Positions 48,037 through 58,008 of a DNA stretch of 64,000 nucleotides are shown piece after piece. The position numbers were made by a program, and so were the translations under genes. Numbering within the stretch: the stretch's first letter is position 1; every line of letters begins with the position of its first letter. Location: assembly GCA_041576165.1 (NCBI GenBank), contig JBFGLM010000006.1:64001-128000 (forward strand). The letters are read 5' to 3'. The DNA comes from Acidimicrobiia bacterium (GTDB taxonomy: Bacteria; Actinomycetota; Acidimicrobiia; Spongiisociales; Spongiisociaceae). Under the pieces are notes generated by a model. That model was given only the letters and a program-made list of their open reading frames with translations. It had not been told where the DNA came from and made no database searches.

Positions 48037-48951
48037 GTCAGCCGGCCTCGCGTGACAGTCGTCGGAAGCGCCAACGTGGATCTGATCACCTACGCCCCGC
48101 GGATGCCCGGCGCCGGTGAGACCGTGTTCGGCGACCGTTTCCAGATGGGATTCGGCGGCAAGGGGGCTAATCAGGCGGTGATGTTGCAGCTGCTGGCGGC
48201 AGACGTGCAGATGGTGGCGTGTGTGGGCAACGACCTGTACGGACAGATGACGCTCGACAACTTCGCGTCCTACGGCATAGACACGAGCCACGTCCTGGTG
48301 GCCGAGGACAGCACGGGAGTAGCGCCGATCTGGGTAGAACCCAATGGGACCAACCGCATCATCGTGGTCCCCGGTGCCAACAACTCCCTCAGCCGAGCCC
48401 ACGCAGCCGGAGCCGTCGCCGCCGGGCCCGCGCCGACCGTCGTTGTCGGCCAGCTCGAGACCGCCCAGCCGGTCACGACCGCTGCCTTCGAAGCCGGGCG
48501 GGCCCGGGGCGCGGTCACGATCCTGAATCCGGCACCCGCAGCGGCCATCGAACCCAGCTTGCTGTTCGCTACCGATTGGCTGATTCCCAACGAGATCGAG
48601 TTTGCGGAGCTCACCGGAGGGCAAGATCCCGCCGAAGACGCTGCTATCCATACGCTCGCCGTCGAGACGGCTTCCCGGATCTTGATCACACTCGGCGCCG
48701 AAGGCGCGGCACTGCTCACCGAGGATCGCAGAGTCGTCCGGATCCCGGCCGAGCCGGTTAAGGCAGCGGACACGACCGGTGCGGGTGACGCCTTTGTCGG
48801 CGGTTTCGCGTACGGACTGGCGGCCGGGTGGGATCCCATCCGGGCCGCCACCCTCGGAATCAGAGTTGCGTCGGACAGCGTGCAGCGGCCCGGTACCCAA
48901 GCGTCGTTTCCAGCCCCCGAGCCGTGCGCTCGTATCCTCCGCGAAATGTGA
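48037..48951 (+). CDS. rbsK: Ribokinase
   Basis: VVGSANVD, GGKGANQA, NPAPA, PNEIE and DTTGAGDAFVG motifs. The start is either GTC 48037 or GTG 48052. Confidence 0.93.
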   Translation, partial: VSRPRVTVVGSANVDLITYAPRMPGAGETVFGDRFQMGFGGKGANQAVMLQLLAADVQMVACVGNDLYGQMTLDNFASYGIDTSHVLVAEDSTGVAPIWVEPNGTNRIIVVPGANNSLSRAHAAGAVAAGPAPTVVVGQLETAQPVTTAAFEAGRARGAVTILNPAPAAAIEPSLLFATDWLIPNEIEFAELTGGQDPAEDAAIHTLAVETASRILITLGAEGAALLTEDRRVVRIPAEPVKAADTTGAGDAFVGGFAYGLAAGWDPIRAATLGIRVASDSVQRPGTQASFPAPEPCARILREM

Positions 48952-48954
48952 GCT

Positions 48955-49566
48955 TCAAGGCAAGCCCCGCTCCCACCGGTCGCCAACCGGGGTGTACCCG
49001 ATCCGGGCCAGATACCGATTGTGGACGGCGACCCCCGGATCGGTGACGAAGCGCCGGACCCCCTTCGACGTGAAGAATCCGGCGCCAGGGCCGTAGAGGT
49101 AGCGGCCGATCTTCAAATCGCGAAACCGGGGCGTGGCGTAATCGAGATCGACGTCCAGGGCAGACTCGGTCATCCGGCCGATCAGCAATCCGGCAGGAAC
49201 CATGTCTCGCAAGACGAAGACCCGGATCTGGTTCTCCTGCGGCAGGTACCGAAACCCCGGCACAAGCCGCCTGATGTCCGCCGCGTAGAAGTCGAGGAAC
49301 CTCCTGAGGTAGGCCGAATCGCCGTCGACCTCCAGCAGCGAGAAGGTGTCCTGCCGCCGGAGCAGCTTCACCAGAAAGATGACATTGATCCCGCTTATGA
49401 AGACGTTGAGTCCGGCCACCGGCCAGGCCTCGATCAGGACGGCATACACGACAAACGCCACGGAGCCTCCCAGGTTCAGTACCCGGAGCCGGAAGAGCGA
49501 CGTCATCATCAGCGATACCGCGATGACGGCCGAGGCGGCATAACCGAATAGGTCCAAGAGGGTCAT
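48955..49566 (-). CDS. YgjV-like membrane protein with a soluble C-terminal domain
   Basis: GYAASAVIAVSL...RLRVLNLGGS and LDYATPRFRDLKIG. Confidence 0.8.
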   Translation of the reverse strand: MTLLDLFGYAASAVIAVSLMMTSLFRLRVLNLGGSVAFVVYAVLIEAWPVAGLNVFISGINVIFLVKLLRRQDTFSLLEVDGDSAYLRRFLDFYAADIRRLVPGFRYLPQENQIRVFVLRDMVPAGLLIGRMTESALDVDLDYATPRFRDLKIGRYLYGPGAGFFTSKGVRRFVTDPGVAVHNRYLARIGYTPVGDRWERGLP

Positions 49567-49610
49567 GCTTCAATCCTCGTCGGCCCGCGGCGGCAGCCGC
49601 AATCCGACCG

Positions 49611-50645
49611 TCAGCGGGCGGCCGCCACCAGCTCCGCAGCCATGTCGTCGGCCACCTCCGATGGAGGCCGCTGCTCTTTTTCCGATCTGCGAAGAATCTC
49701 CAGTACCCGGTCGAAGATATGGTCGAGTCGGGTCCGGATCTCGACCTCAGATTCCGACGCGAGACCGAGGATCGGACCGGCTGCGCTGAGCATGCCGCCA
49801 GAATTGACGACATAGTCGGGCGCATACACGATGCCGCGCGCCGCCAAGCGGTGGCCGTCGGCAGGGTGCCGCAGCTGGTTGTTGGCGCAGCCCGCGACCA
49901 CCCTCACGGTCAGTCGGGGGATCGTCTCCTCATTCAGCGATCCGCCCAATGCGCACGGCGCAAAGACGTCGGCTTCGACACCGTAGATGTCCTCCGGGGG
50001 GACCACGACGGCGCCGGTGTCGTTGGACACGGCCAGAAGCGTCTCCTCATCGACGTCCGCTACGAGCAGCTTTACACCCCTCCCGGCGAGTAGTCGGGCG
50101 ATCTGTCCACCGACGTTGCCCACGCCCTGCAGCGCAACGGTGCGACCTTCGAGCGACGGCGACCCGGTGGCGTGGAGCAGGGCCGCTTCCATCCCCCGCA
50201 CCGTCCCGTACGCCGTGTAGGGCGACGGATCACCCGTCTCGACTCCGAACGTGTACGGGTTCGTCTCGGCGATCAGATGGACGCGGTCGAGGCCCACTCC
50301 GACGTCCTCCGCCGTCCAGTACCGACCGTCCAGTTCCGCCACACAGCGGCCGAATGCCCGGAGAAGTTCGGGTGGCACCTCACGGTGCGGATCACCGATG
50401 ATCACCGACTTGCCCCCGCCCAGCGGCAAACCCGCCAGCGCGTTCTTGGCCGTCATCGCCTTCGACAGGCGCAAGACGTCGACCACGGCTTCCGACTCGT
50501 TGGAGTACGCCCACATCCGGCAACCGCCGGCGGCGGGCCCGAGCGCAGTGCTGTGGACGGCGATGATGGCTTGCAGACCTGTCGCAGAGTCCGTGCAGAA
50601 GACAACTCGCTCATGCTGGTCGAATTCGGCGCTGGCGAACACCAT
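49611..50645 (-). CDS. Glu/Leu/Phe/Val dehydrogenase (leucine dehydrogenase-like)
   Basis: LGPAAGGCR, GGGKSVI, AEDVG, QGVGNVG and APDYVVNSGG motifs. Confidence 0.93.
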   Translation of the reverse strand: MVFASAEFDQHERVVFCTDSATGLQAIIAVHSTALGPAAGGCRMWAYSNESEAVVDVLRLSKAMTAKNALAGLPLGGGKSVIIGDPHREVPPELLRAFGRCVAELDGRYWTAEDVGVGLDRVHLIAETNPYTFGVETGDPSPYTAYGTVRGMEAALLHATGSPSLEGRTVALQGVGNVGGQIARLLAGRGVKLLVADVDEETLLAVSNDTGAVVVPPEDIYGVEADVFAPCALGGSLNEETIPRLTVRVVAGCANNQLRHPADGHRLAARGIVYAPDYVVNSGGMLSAAGPILGLASESEVEIRTRLDHIFDRVLEILRRSEKEQRPPSEVADDMAAELVAAAR

Positions 50646-50822
50646 GGGATCAGGGTACGCCCGCCCTATCGCTATTTGAAAGCACCGCCGACGCGGCGCC
50701 GCGGTCGCTCCGGAAGATGAGCCGGGTTCCCGGTCAACAGCAACGTCGATGTGGACGGGGCGGCCGTCGGCCGGACGAGCGTGACACCGATGGTGATGTG
50801 AGTGCCGAAACCTCGTTGCGGC

Positions 50823-51227
50823 TCAGCTCTTCGCCGGTTCCCGCCGGTGATATTCCTCGTCGCTCACCTTGCGGGGGTGCCACTGAGTGGCACCGCCGGT
50901 GGTCAGCGACAGGTGCATCATGGGGGTGTCGGGCTTGGCACCGTGCCAGTGCACCTCCCCGGGCGGGCTGTACACGACATCCCCGTCGGAGATCTCGACC
51001 GTCTCTCCCTCGAGTGTTTGCACCAGGCCCTCGCCCCCAACCACATACAGCACCTGTCCCTCCGGGTGGGTGTGCCAGTCGGTGCGGGCGCCCGGCTCAA
51101 AGTGCACGCCCAGCACGTTCAAGCCGTCTTCTTGCTTGTGGCTCATATGGGCGAACTTGACGTTCCCGGTGAAATTCTCAGCGGGCGCATCGATCCATAC
51201 GTGATCCTGCGCGCGGGTGTGCTCCAC
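50823..51227 (-). CDS. Cupin domain protein
   Basis: FEPGARTDWHTHPEGQ and EVHWHGA motifs. GAGGAG RBS before GTG 51227. Confidence 0.92.
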   Translation of the reverse strand: MEHTRAQDHVWIDAPAENFTGNVKFAHMSHKQEDGLNVLGVHFEPGARTDWHTHPEGQVLYVVGGEGLVQTLEGETVEISDGDVVYSPPGEVHWHGAKPDTPMMHLSLTTGGATQWHPRKVSDEEYHRREPAKS

Positions 51228-51349
51228 GGTGACTCCTCGACTGATCGCAACCCCGAACGTAGCGCAACGGGAAAAGCCCTGTCTCGCGCTCCCGCCTGTT
51301 TTTTCGCGGCAGCAACCCGCCATCTTCGCCCGTCGCCGGACCCGAACGA

Positions 51350-52645
51350 TCAGCCGGAACGCAGCCCCTCGCCCTCGCCGAGAAGCCCGATCAGCGCGTC
51401 GACCGCCCGGTCGAGCCGTTCAAACCCGTGCGCCGCCACGGTGATCCGGATGCCGGGACCAGCTTTGAGGCGGAAAGCGAAGCCGCCCCGCACCGCAAAC
51501 CCTCGCTCGCGCATCCCGGCGACGACGAGTGCCTCGTCGGCAACGGGGACCCAGACGTTGAGGCCCGAGCGACCGTGGGCGGTAACGCCGGCAGCCGCCA
51601 ACCGGGCGATCACTCGCTCACGCCGAGCGGCATACGCCGCAGCCGCGTCGGTGAGGAGAGAGCTTGCCGCCGGATCTGTCAGCAGATGGGCCACGGCCCG
51701 TTGGAGGTGATGGCTCACCCAGCCCGGCCCCACCCGTTGGCGACCGAGCAGACGATGACGTGTTGTCGGGTCCGACGCCACCAGCGCCACCCGCAAATCC
51801 GGCCCAAGCTCTTTCGCGGCGCTGCGAAGGTAGGCCCACCGGGGTCGGGACGCATCGATGACCGAATACAGCGGGGCCCCGCTGACGCGTCCGGCATGGT
51901 CGTCCTCGATCACTACTACCGACTCATGACGCGCCAGCGCCTCCCGGAGACGATCGGCCCGGGCCGAAGAGACAGTGCTACCTCGGGGGTTCTGGGCGCG
52001 GGGCGTCAGCACCACCGCCTGCACTCCCGACCGCAGAGCCGCTTCGAACTGGTCGGGCAGCGGGCCGTCGTCATCGTGGTCGACCGGCACCGGCATCAGG
52101 CTGAGGACGGTCAACAGCTCGAGCACCGACGCGTACGCCGGGTCTTCGACTGCGACCCGGTCGCCCGGCCGCAGATGTGCCGCGAGCACTCGCTCCATAC
52201 CATCAAGCGCACCGGACACCACCATCGGCGGCTCGGCCCCGAAGCTGTCCTGCGCGATCCAGGCGGCGGCCGCCTCGGCCAATGTCGGATCGGTCGGAGG
52301 AGCCCCGTACAGCACAAGCGGCGCGTCCGCAGTCAGCGCGCCGCTTGGATCGGGGAGAAACGCCGGATCGGGGTTACCGGTGGACAGGTCCACGACTCCG
52401 GCGGGCACCGGCACCATGGAGGCGGCCGGTAACGGAGGTCGGGCGGTCACGAAGGTCCCGGAGCGGCCGCGCCCGATCACGATGCCCCTCCCCTGCAACG
52501 TCCGGTAAGCCGCCGCAACCGTGTTCGGCGCCAGACCGACCTGGTGGGCCAGCGTTCGGACCGGCGGCAGACGATCACCCGGCCGGAGCACTCCGTCCGC
52601 CACCCGGCGCTCGATTTCCAAAACCACGTCCGCCGCTGATCTCAC
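51350..52645 (-). CDS. MocR/GntR-family regulator with a PLP-dependent aminotransferase domain
   Basis: PGDRLPPVRTLA HTH, DLSTGNPD, TPRAQNP and IEDDHA. Start uncertain. Confidence 0.92.
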   Translation of the reverse strand: MRSAADVVLEIERRVADGVLRPGDRLPPVRTLAHQVGLAPNTVAAAYRTLQGRGIVIGRGRSGTFVTARPPLPAASMVPVPAGVVDLSTGNPDPAFLPDPSGALTADAPLVLYGAPPTDPTLAEAAAAWIAQDSFGAEPPMVVSGALDGMERVLAAHLRPGDRVAVEDPAYASVLELLTVLSLMPVPVDHDDDGPLPDQFEAALRSGVQAVVLTPRAQNPRGSTVSSARADRLREALARHESVVVIEDDHAGRVSGAPLYSVIDASRPRWAYLRSAAKELGPDLRVALVASDPTTRHRLLGRQRVGPGWVSHHLQRAVAHLLTDPAASSLLTDAAAAYAARRERVIARLAAAGVTAHGRSGLNVWVPVADEALVVAGMRERGFAVRGGFAFRLKAGPGIRITVAAHGFERLDRAVDALIGLLGEGEGLRSG

Positions 52646-52655
52646 GCTGCTAGCC

Positions 52656-52693
52656 TTTGCATTGGCACAATCCAGATTTTGTACTGGTACATT
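52656..52693. promoter_or_regulatory. Tandem operator-like repeats between the divergent MocR and PNPOx genes
   Basis: TTTGCATTGGCACAAT and TTTGTACTGGTACATT with 22-bp periodicity. Confidence 0.6.
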
Positions 52694-52711
52694 AACAGAT
52701 AGGACGGCGCG

Positions 52712-53377
52712 ATGTCGGCGACCTTCGAAACCGAGCGCACCCGGCTCCGACGCCTCCCGGAGCGCGGTACGTTCGACCGGACCACGATCAACGGCATTCT
52801 GGACGAGGCCTTGATGTGCCATCTGGCCGTCATCCATGACGGAGGGCCGGTGGTGATGCCCATGCTCTTTGGACGAGACGGGGACGATCTCATTCTGCAT
52901 GGTTCGCCGGCCTCGCGGACGCTGCGGGCGGCCGCCGAGCCCGTAGACGTATGCGTCAATGTGACCTTGGTAGATGGGATCGTGGTGGCTCGATCAGGGT
53001 TCCACAGCTCGATGAACTACCGATCGGTCACGATCTTCGGGCAAGCGCACCGCGTGACCGACCTCGAGGAGAAGCGCCGTCTGCTGGGGGTGATCGTTGA
53101 TCACGTTCTGCCGGGTCGAAACGGAACCGCCCGGCCGATGACGGCCACGGAGATCAAAGGCACCACTGTGCTGCGGCTACCAATCCAAGAGGCAAGCGCC
53201 AAGGTTCGGACCGGCTGGCCGCACGACGACGAAGAGGATTACGAGCTTCCGATTTGGGCGGGCGTGATCCCCGTGAGCACCCAGTACGCACCGCCGGTGG
53301 CCGATCCCCACCTCCGTTTTGAAGTTCCAATGCCGGCCGAGATTGCCGCCTACGAGCGACCAGGAGAAAAGACATGA
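52712..53377 (+). CDS. Pyridoxamine 5'-phosphate oxidase-like flavin-binding protein
   Basis: LHGSPASR, ARSGFHSSMNYRSV and ASAKVRTG motifs. Confidence 0.9.
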   Translation: MSATFETERTRLRRLPERGTFDRTTINGILDEALMCHLAVIHDGGPVVMPMLFGRDGDDLILHGSPASRTLRAAAEPVDVCVNVTLVDGIVVARSGFHSSMNYRSVTIFGQAHRVTDLEEKRRLLGVIVDHVLPGRNGTARPMTATEIKGTTVLRLPIQEASAKVRTGWPHDDEEDYELPIWAGVIPVSTQYAPPVADPHLRFEVPMPAEIAAYERPGEKT

Positions 53378-53751
53378 GCGTCGGAGAGTTCGCTACCCCG
53401 GCCGAGACGGCCGCCCACTATGCGCGCCGCCTATCGCTGGAAACAGACTGCGCCGACGTGCACACCGCCATGCAGCGAGGCCAACCCGGGTTCGTCTTGA
53501 TCGACACCCGGTCGCCCGATGCATACGCCGTGCGCCACCTGCCCGGGGCGATTTCGCTTCCCACTGCGCAGATCACTGCCGACCGGTTGGCCGAGTTCCC
53601 GCCCGGAAGTCGTTTCGTGACGTATTGCTGGGGCCCACATTGCAATGGTGCCTGCAAGGCGGCCGCCACCATCGCCAGCCTCGGTTATCCGGCCAAAGAG
53701 ATGCTCGGGGGCATGTGGGGATGGGAGATGGAGGGCTACGCCTTCGCCTGA
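53374..53751 (+). CDS. Rhodanese-like protein
   Basis: LIDTRS, HLPGAISLP and YCWGPHCNGA motifs. Confidence 0.9.
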   Translation: MSVGEFATPAETAAHYARRLSLETDCADVHTAMQRGQPGFVLIDTRSPDAYAVRHLPGAISLPTAQITADRLAEFPPGSRFVTYCWGPHCNGACKAAATIASLGYPAKEMLGGMWGWEMEGYAFA

Positions 53752-53823
53752 CCCGGACGGCTGTCGCGATTCGTTCGCCGGGTTGCCGGCGCTGAGATTG
53801 GCCGGCTGTGGGATCATCGCCCC

Positions 53824-54609
53824 GTGAAAGGCATCCTGTCCAGGCTCCTCGTCCTCGGTCTCACGATCGCGTCCTGCACCTCTCGGTCCGAGGCGACGCC
53901 GATCGCGATGCCCGACTGGGATCAGGCGATTGCCGCCACCAGGCAGATCGCCCCGGTCCAGTTGACGGTTGAAGTTCTCCTCGAGGTGAATGAGCAACCG
54001 GCTGGAGGGACTGCCCTCACCGGGGTGGCGGACTGGGAGCGACTCCTGGCCGACCTGACCCCGTACGAGCCGATCACCAACACCCCGCTTTCCCGCGTCA
54101 TCCTCAACGGCGACACCAGCTACGTGCTGAGCTCCCACGACGCGTTCCTCGCCGCGCTCCCCGCGGGAAGAGAAATAGTGTCTCTTCCCACCGGCGAGCT
54201 CGTCGCCGCCGGCCTCGTGTCGGACGAGGTCGAGGCCGTGACCGGAGTGCTCGGGTTGTTGCGCGGTGCGACCAGCGCCGCCCGCCAGCCAGATGGAGAC
54301 ATCGAAGTGCAAATCGACCTCGGGCTGGCTCTGGACCGGATGTCGGACACAGAACTTCGGGGCATCCGCGTCGATCTCTCCGGGATCGAACCGACAGCGG
54401 CTTTCGGCGAGCTTCGGTTGCGCGACGACCAGACCATCGAACGGTTCATGGTCCGCATCGAGGCGGATCGCAACGGCGACGAATATCTCTTGAATGGGAC
54501 CTCTGAATTCGCTCCCGTCGACACTCCCCTGACATTCGAGCCACCACCGGCAGACAAGGTGGTCGACATCGACGACGTACCACGGGTGCGGGCGCTGCTG
54601 ACTCCCTGA
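53824..54609 (+). CDS. Hypothetical lipoprotein
   Basis: IASC lipobox and LolA/LppX-like beta pattern. Confidence 0.7.
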   Translation: MKGILSRLLVLGLTIASCTSRSEATPIAMPDWDQAIAATRQIAPVQLTVEVLLEVNEQPAGGTALTGVADWERLLADLTPYEPITNTPLSRVILNGDTSYVLSSHDAFLAALPAGREIVSLPTGELVAAGLVSDEVEAVTGVLGLLRGATSAARQPDGDIEVQIDLGLALDRMSDTELRGIRVDLSGIEPTAAFGELRLRDDQTIERFMVRIEADRNGDEYLLNGTSEFAPVDTPLTFEPPPADKVVDIDDVPRVRALLTP

Positions 54610-54742
54610 GGTTGGGGGCGCGCCGCCGGACGGCGACGGCCCATCGACCCGAACGTCCCCAAAACCAGGCTCCAGTTCACCGCCCCAGCGGCCGATTCAG
54701 AGACTAAGTGGGCGAACATGGCAAAACTTGGGTGAGTGACAC

Positions 54743-56764
54743 GTGACTACCTCGCGGCTCAACAAGGCGCAGCCGGTTGCCGGACATGGAGACGACGCAG
54801 CGAATACCCGCCAGGGTCGGCTCGCGGGCTCCGTCGTCGGTATGGATACCGCCATCCGCCGGATCTGGCTCCTGAACGCGATCTTGATCGGCGCGGCGGC
54901 GATGCTTGCGCCTGTATTCAGCGGGGTAGTCCCGCCGATCCGTGGACGCGCGATTCCCTTCCTGCTATTGGCGGCGGCATTCTCGGCCGCAGAGCTGGCC
55001 GCAGTGCACCTGCGGTTCCGAGAGAACGCCCACTCCTTCTCCATGAGCGATGTCCCGATGGTTGTGAGCTTCTTCTTTGTGCCTCCGCTGGTCGCGGTGG
55101 CGGCGCAAGCGATCGGCAACCTGGTCGCTCTGGTCGGTTTCCGACGTCTCCCGGCCATAAAAGTCACCTTCAACCTGGGCCAGTTCGCCCTCCAGACCAT
55201 GGTCGGAGCGTTGGTGTTCTACACGATCCTTGATGGCGCGGATCCCCTCGGCTGGCGGGGTTGGATCGCCGCCTTTGCGTCCGCCATGGCGGCCCTCATC
55301 GTGGCCGACACGCTCATCAACATGGTGATACAGCTGAGCGGCGGCGAGGTGAGCGGCGCCGCCATGCTCGAGGTGCTGGGCCTGTCGAGTGTGGCCGCGG
55401 CGATGAACGTGACGCTGGCGCTGGCCGCCGTCATCCTCGTAGCGGTGGATCCCGGATACTGGTGGATTGCCGTTATCACGCCGGTGCTGCTGTACACGGC
55501 CTACCACGCCTACGTTCGCCAGCGCGAGGAAGGGATACGCATCCGTGGTCTGCTGCAAGCCACCGATGCGCTTCACCGCGCACCCGACGTCGAGGATGCC
55601 ATCGTGTCCGCCACCCACGAGACGGTCAGACTGCTCGACGCCGAGACCGGTCTGACGGTTGTGTACATGGAAGAGGCGTCCGGCGCGTTTGTCACCGCCG
55701 TTGGGCCGGACGGTGAGCAGTACCGCATGCGCCAGATCACGGTACCTCCCGGATTCAACGAGATCGTCCCCGAGACCGGCGTCACCCTCAACCCGAACGA
55801 CCTCGACGACCTGGGGATTGGTTCTCTCATCGAGTCCCCAGTGACCGGAGCCGTGGGCGCGTTGCTGGTCATCGATGACGACACGCCGGTCGGCTACATA
55901 GTGGCCTGCAACCGAGTGGGCGACATATCCAGTTTCGGCAGCCATGAGGCCGAGGTTCTGGCCGCACTGGCCACCCAGTTGAGCGTGTCTCTCCAGAACG
56001 GTCGGCTGGCCGAATCTCTGGCCGCGGCTACGACCGCCAACGCGGTGCTGGAGGACCTGGTGCAGTCCAAGGACCAGTTCGTCGCCTCGGTGAGCCACGA
56101 GCTACGCACGCCCCTCACCGGCGTCGTCGGTCTGGCCCGCGAGCTGAACGAAAACCTCGAAGCCTTCGACGTGGGTGAAATCAAAGAGGTGATTGCCATG
56201 ATCGCCGACCAGGGTGCGGAGCTGGCAAACATCATCGAGGACCTCCTCGTGGCAGCTCGCGCCGACATCGGGACACTTTCCATTGCGCCCCGAGAAATGG
56301 ATCTGTCGATGGAGCTCCAGGCGATCATTCAGACCCAGGCGCGCGCCCAAGGACGGGACGCCATCGAGATCCAGGGCACCGCCCCTCGCGTCTGGGCGGA
56401 CAGCCTCCGGCTGCGCCAGATCATCCGCAATCTGCTGACCAACGCCGCCCGCTACGGCGGAGAGAACGTGTGGATCGAACTCTCCACGACCGCCACTCAT
56501 TGCTCGATCTCGGTGATGGATGACGGTGACGGGGTGCCACCCGAGAAACAGCAGACGATCTTTGAGGCGTACGAATCCGCTCACGAACCCGGCTCCCAGC
56601 CGGGGTCCTTCGGACTGGGCCTCTCGGTCGCTCGCAAGATCGCCGAGATGGGCGGTGGTGGGTTGACCTACCACCGCGTCAACGGCAACACCGCCTTCCG
56701 GCTGAACGTCCCACTCCGCCCGATCAGCCGCGCCGCCTACGGCGACGCCTGGGTGGAACACTGA
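54743..56764 (+). CDS. Membrane sensor histidine kinase with a GAF-like domain
   Basis: Multi-TM N-terminus, SHELRTPLT, NLLTNAARYG, DDGDG and GLGL. May start at ATG 54842. Confidence 0.92.
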   Translation: MTTSRLNKAQPVAGHGDDAANTRQGRLAGSVVGMDTAIRRIWLLNAILIGAAAMLAPVFSGVVPPIRGRAIPFLLLAAAFSAAELAAVHLRFRENAHSFSMSDVPMVVSFFFVPPLVAVAAQAIGNLVALVGFRRLPAIKVTFNLGQFALQTMVGALVFYTILDGADPLGWRGWIAAFASAMAALIVADTLINMVIQLSGGEVSGAAMLEVLGLSSVAAAMNVTLALAAVILVAVDPGYWWIAVITPVLLYTAYHAYVRQREEGIRIRGLLQATDALHRAPDVEDAIVSATHETVRLLDAETGLTVVYMEEASGAFVTAVGPDGEQYRMRQITVPPGFNEIVPETGVTLNPNDLDDLGIGSLIESPVTGAVGALLVIDDDTPVGYIVACNRVGDISSFGSHEAEVLAALATQLSVSLQNGRLAESLAAATTANAVLEDLVQSKDQFVASVSHELRTPLTGVVGLARELNENLEAFDVGEIKEVIAMIADQGAELANIIEDLLVAARADIGTLSIAPREMDLSMELQAIIQTQARAQGRDAIEIQGTAPRVWADSLRLRQIIRNLLTNAARYGGENVWIELSTTATHCSISVMDDGDGVPPEKQQTIFEAYESAHEPGSQPGSFGLGLSVARKIAEMGGGGLTYHRVNGNTAFRLNVPLRPISRAAYGDAWVEH

Positions 56765-56840
56765 GCACGCACCCGGCCGGGGCGCGTCGCTCGCCACCGA
56801 GTGCTTCACCAACTTCACACCGCTGATAGCGTCACTCACC

Positions 56841-57056
56841 ATGGCGGCCCGAGCAGACCCCTACGAGCTACGCACATTCGTCACAGGCGTTCCCCACCAG
56901 CAGCCCGCCCGGTTACGCGCGGAGGAACCCACTGCCTTCGACGAAACGCTTCGGTTGCACACGCCGGTTGCCCAACTCCGGCAGAACGTCCACAGTGACG
57001 CTATCCCGGCTCACCCGTCGTCGACCTCGCCGGCGAACTCCGCTGCGGTGTTCTGA
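56841..57056 (+). pseudogene. Possible cytochrome P450 remnant (internal deletion)
   Basis: P450-like N-terminus (TFVTGVPHQQPARLRAEEP) joined directly to an ExxR K-helix motif (AFDETLRLHTPV). No heme Cys. Confidence 0.45.
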
Positions 57057-57058
57057 AG

Positions 57059-57964
57059 ATGGCCGCGCACGTACGGGTCGGGCTGGTGCTGGGAGGTGGT
57101 GGAGCGGGCGGCTGGATGTTTCACGCCGGGGTGGTCCGGGCCCTCGAGCGCCGATTCGCATGGGATGCGGCGGGGGCTGCGATCACGATCGGCACCTCGG
57201 CCGGGGCGTCAGTCGCAGCCGGCCTCCGCCTCGGTTGCAGCGTCGATGAGATTGTGGCCGAGCTGGACCGACCTCCGAGCGACGCCGAAATGCGCCAGTT
57301 CCAGGAAATCATGGACGCCAAGCCGTGGCAGTGGAAACCCCTGCAGCCGGGGCTGCTGAAGGAGCTGCTCCCGGGACGTAAGGGTGCTGGGGTAGCGCTG
57401 TCCGGCTTACTTCCGCCCGGACGCTACCCAACCTGGCCGCTGGCCCGCATCGGTGGCAGGCTGGAGAACGGACAATGGCCGGAAAGGCTCTGGATCACGG
57501 CCACCAGAGCGGCCGACGGTTCCCTGATCGTATTCGGCCGCGATGCGCACACGGCCGGGCTCGGTGAGGCAATCGAGGCGTCATGCGCCCTGCCCGGGGT
57601 GATGGAGCCGAAGCTGATCGAGGGTGTGCACTACATCGACGGTGGCGCTCTCTCCCCGACTCATGCCGACCTGACGGCGGATGCGGCGGTTGATATCACC
57701 ATTGTCTCGTCGCCGATGACACGGCCGGGACGGCGGCCACTCGGAATCCTGGCGCGACGGCGGCTCACCGAGGAGGTGGACGAGATCACCCGGCGCGGGA
57801 TCATCGCGGTTGTCGCAGAGCCCCCCGACGGCACCGACGCGATGTTTCGGGACTATCCCCGCAGGGATCGAGCAGTCGGGGCCGACATCCGGCTGATGGG
57901 TGAAGCGGCCGCCGAGGTCGCCATGGTCGCAGCCGGTCTCGGCCCGGGCGATCTCGGTACCTGA
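57059..57964 (+). CDS. Patatin-like phospholipase
   Basis: LVLGGGG, GTSAG and YIDGG motifs. Confidence 0.92.
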   Translation: MAAHVRVGLVLGGGGAGGWMFHAGVVRALERRFAWDAAGAAITIGTSAGASVAAGLRLGCSVDEIVAELDRPPSDAEMRQFQEIMDAKPWQWKPLQPGLLKELLPGRKGAGVALSGLLPPGRYPTWPLARIGGRLENGQWPERLWITATRAADGSLIVFGRDAHTAGLGEAIEASCALPGVMEPKLIEGVHYIDGGALSPTHADLTADAAVDITIVSSPMTRPGRRPLGILARRRLTEEVDEITRRGIIAVVAEPPDGTDAMFRDYPRRDRAVGADIRLMGEAAAEVAMVAAGLGPGDLGT

Positions 57965-57978
57965 TCCCGCTTGCACTT

Positions 57979-58000
57979 TATATAAGTATTTGCTTATATA
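57979..58000. promoter_or_regulatory. ArsR-family operator overlapping the promoter
   Basis: TATATAAG-TATTTG-CTTATATA palindrome, TTGCAC at 57971 and TATATT 6 nt before the ATG. Confidence 0.75.
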
Positions 58001-58008
58001 TTGGCGAG

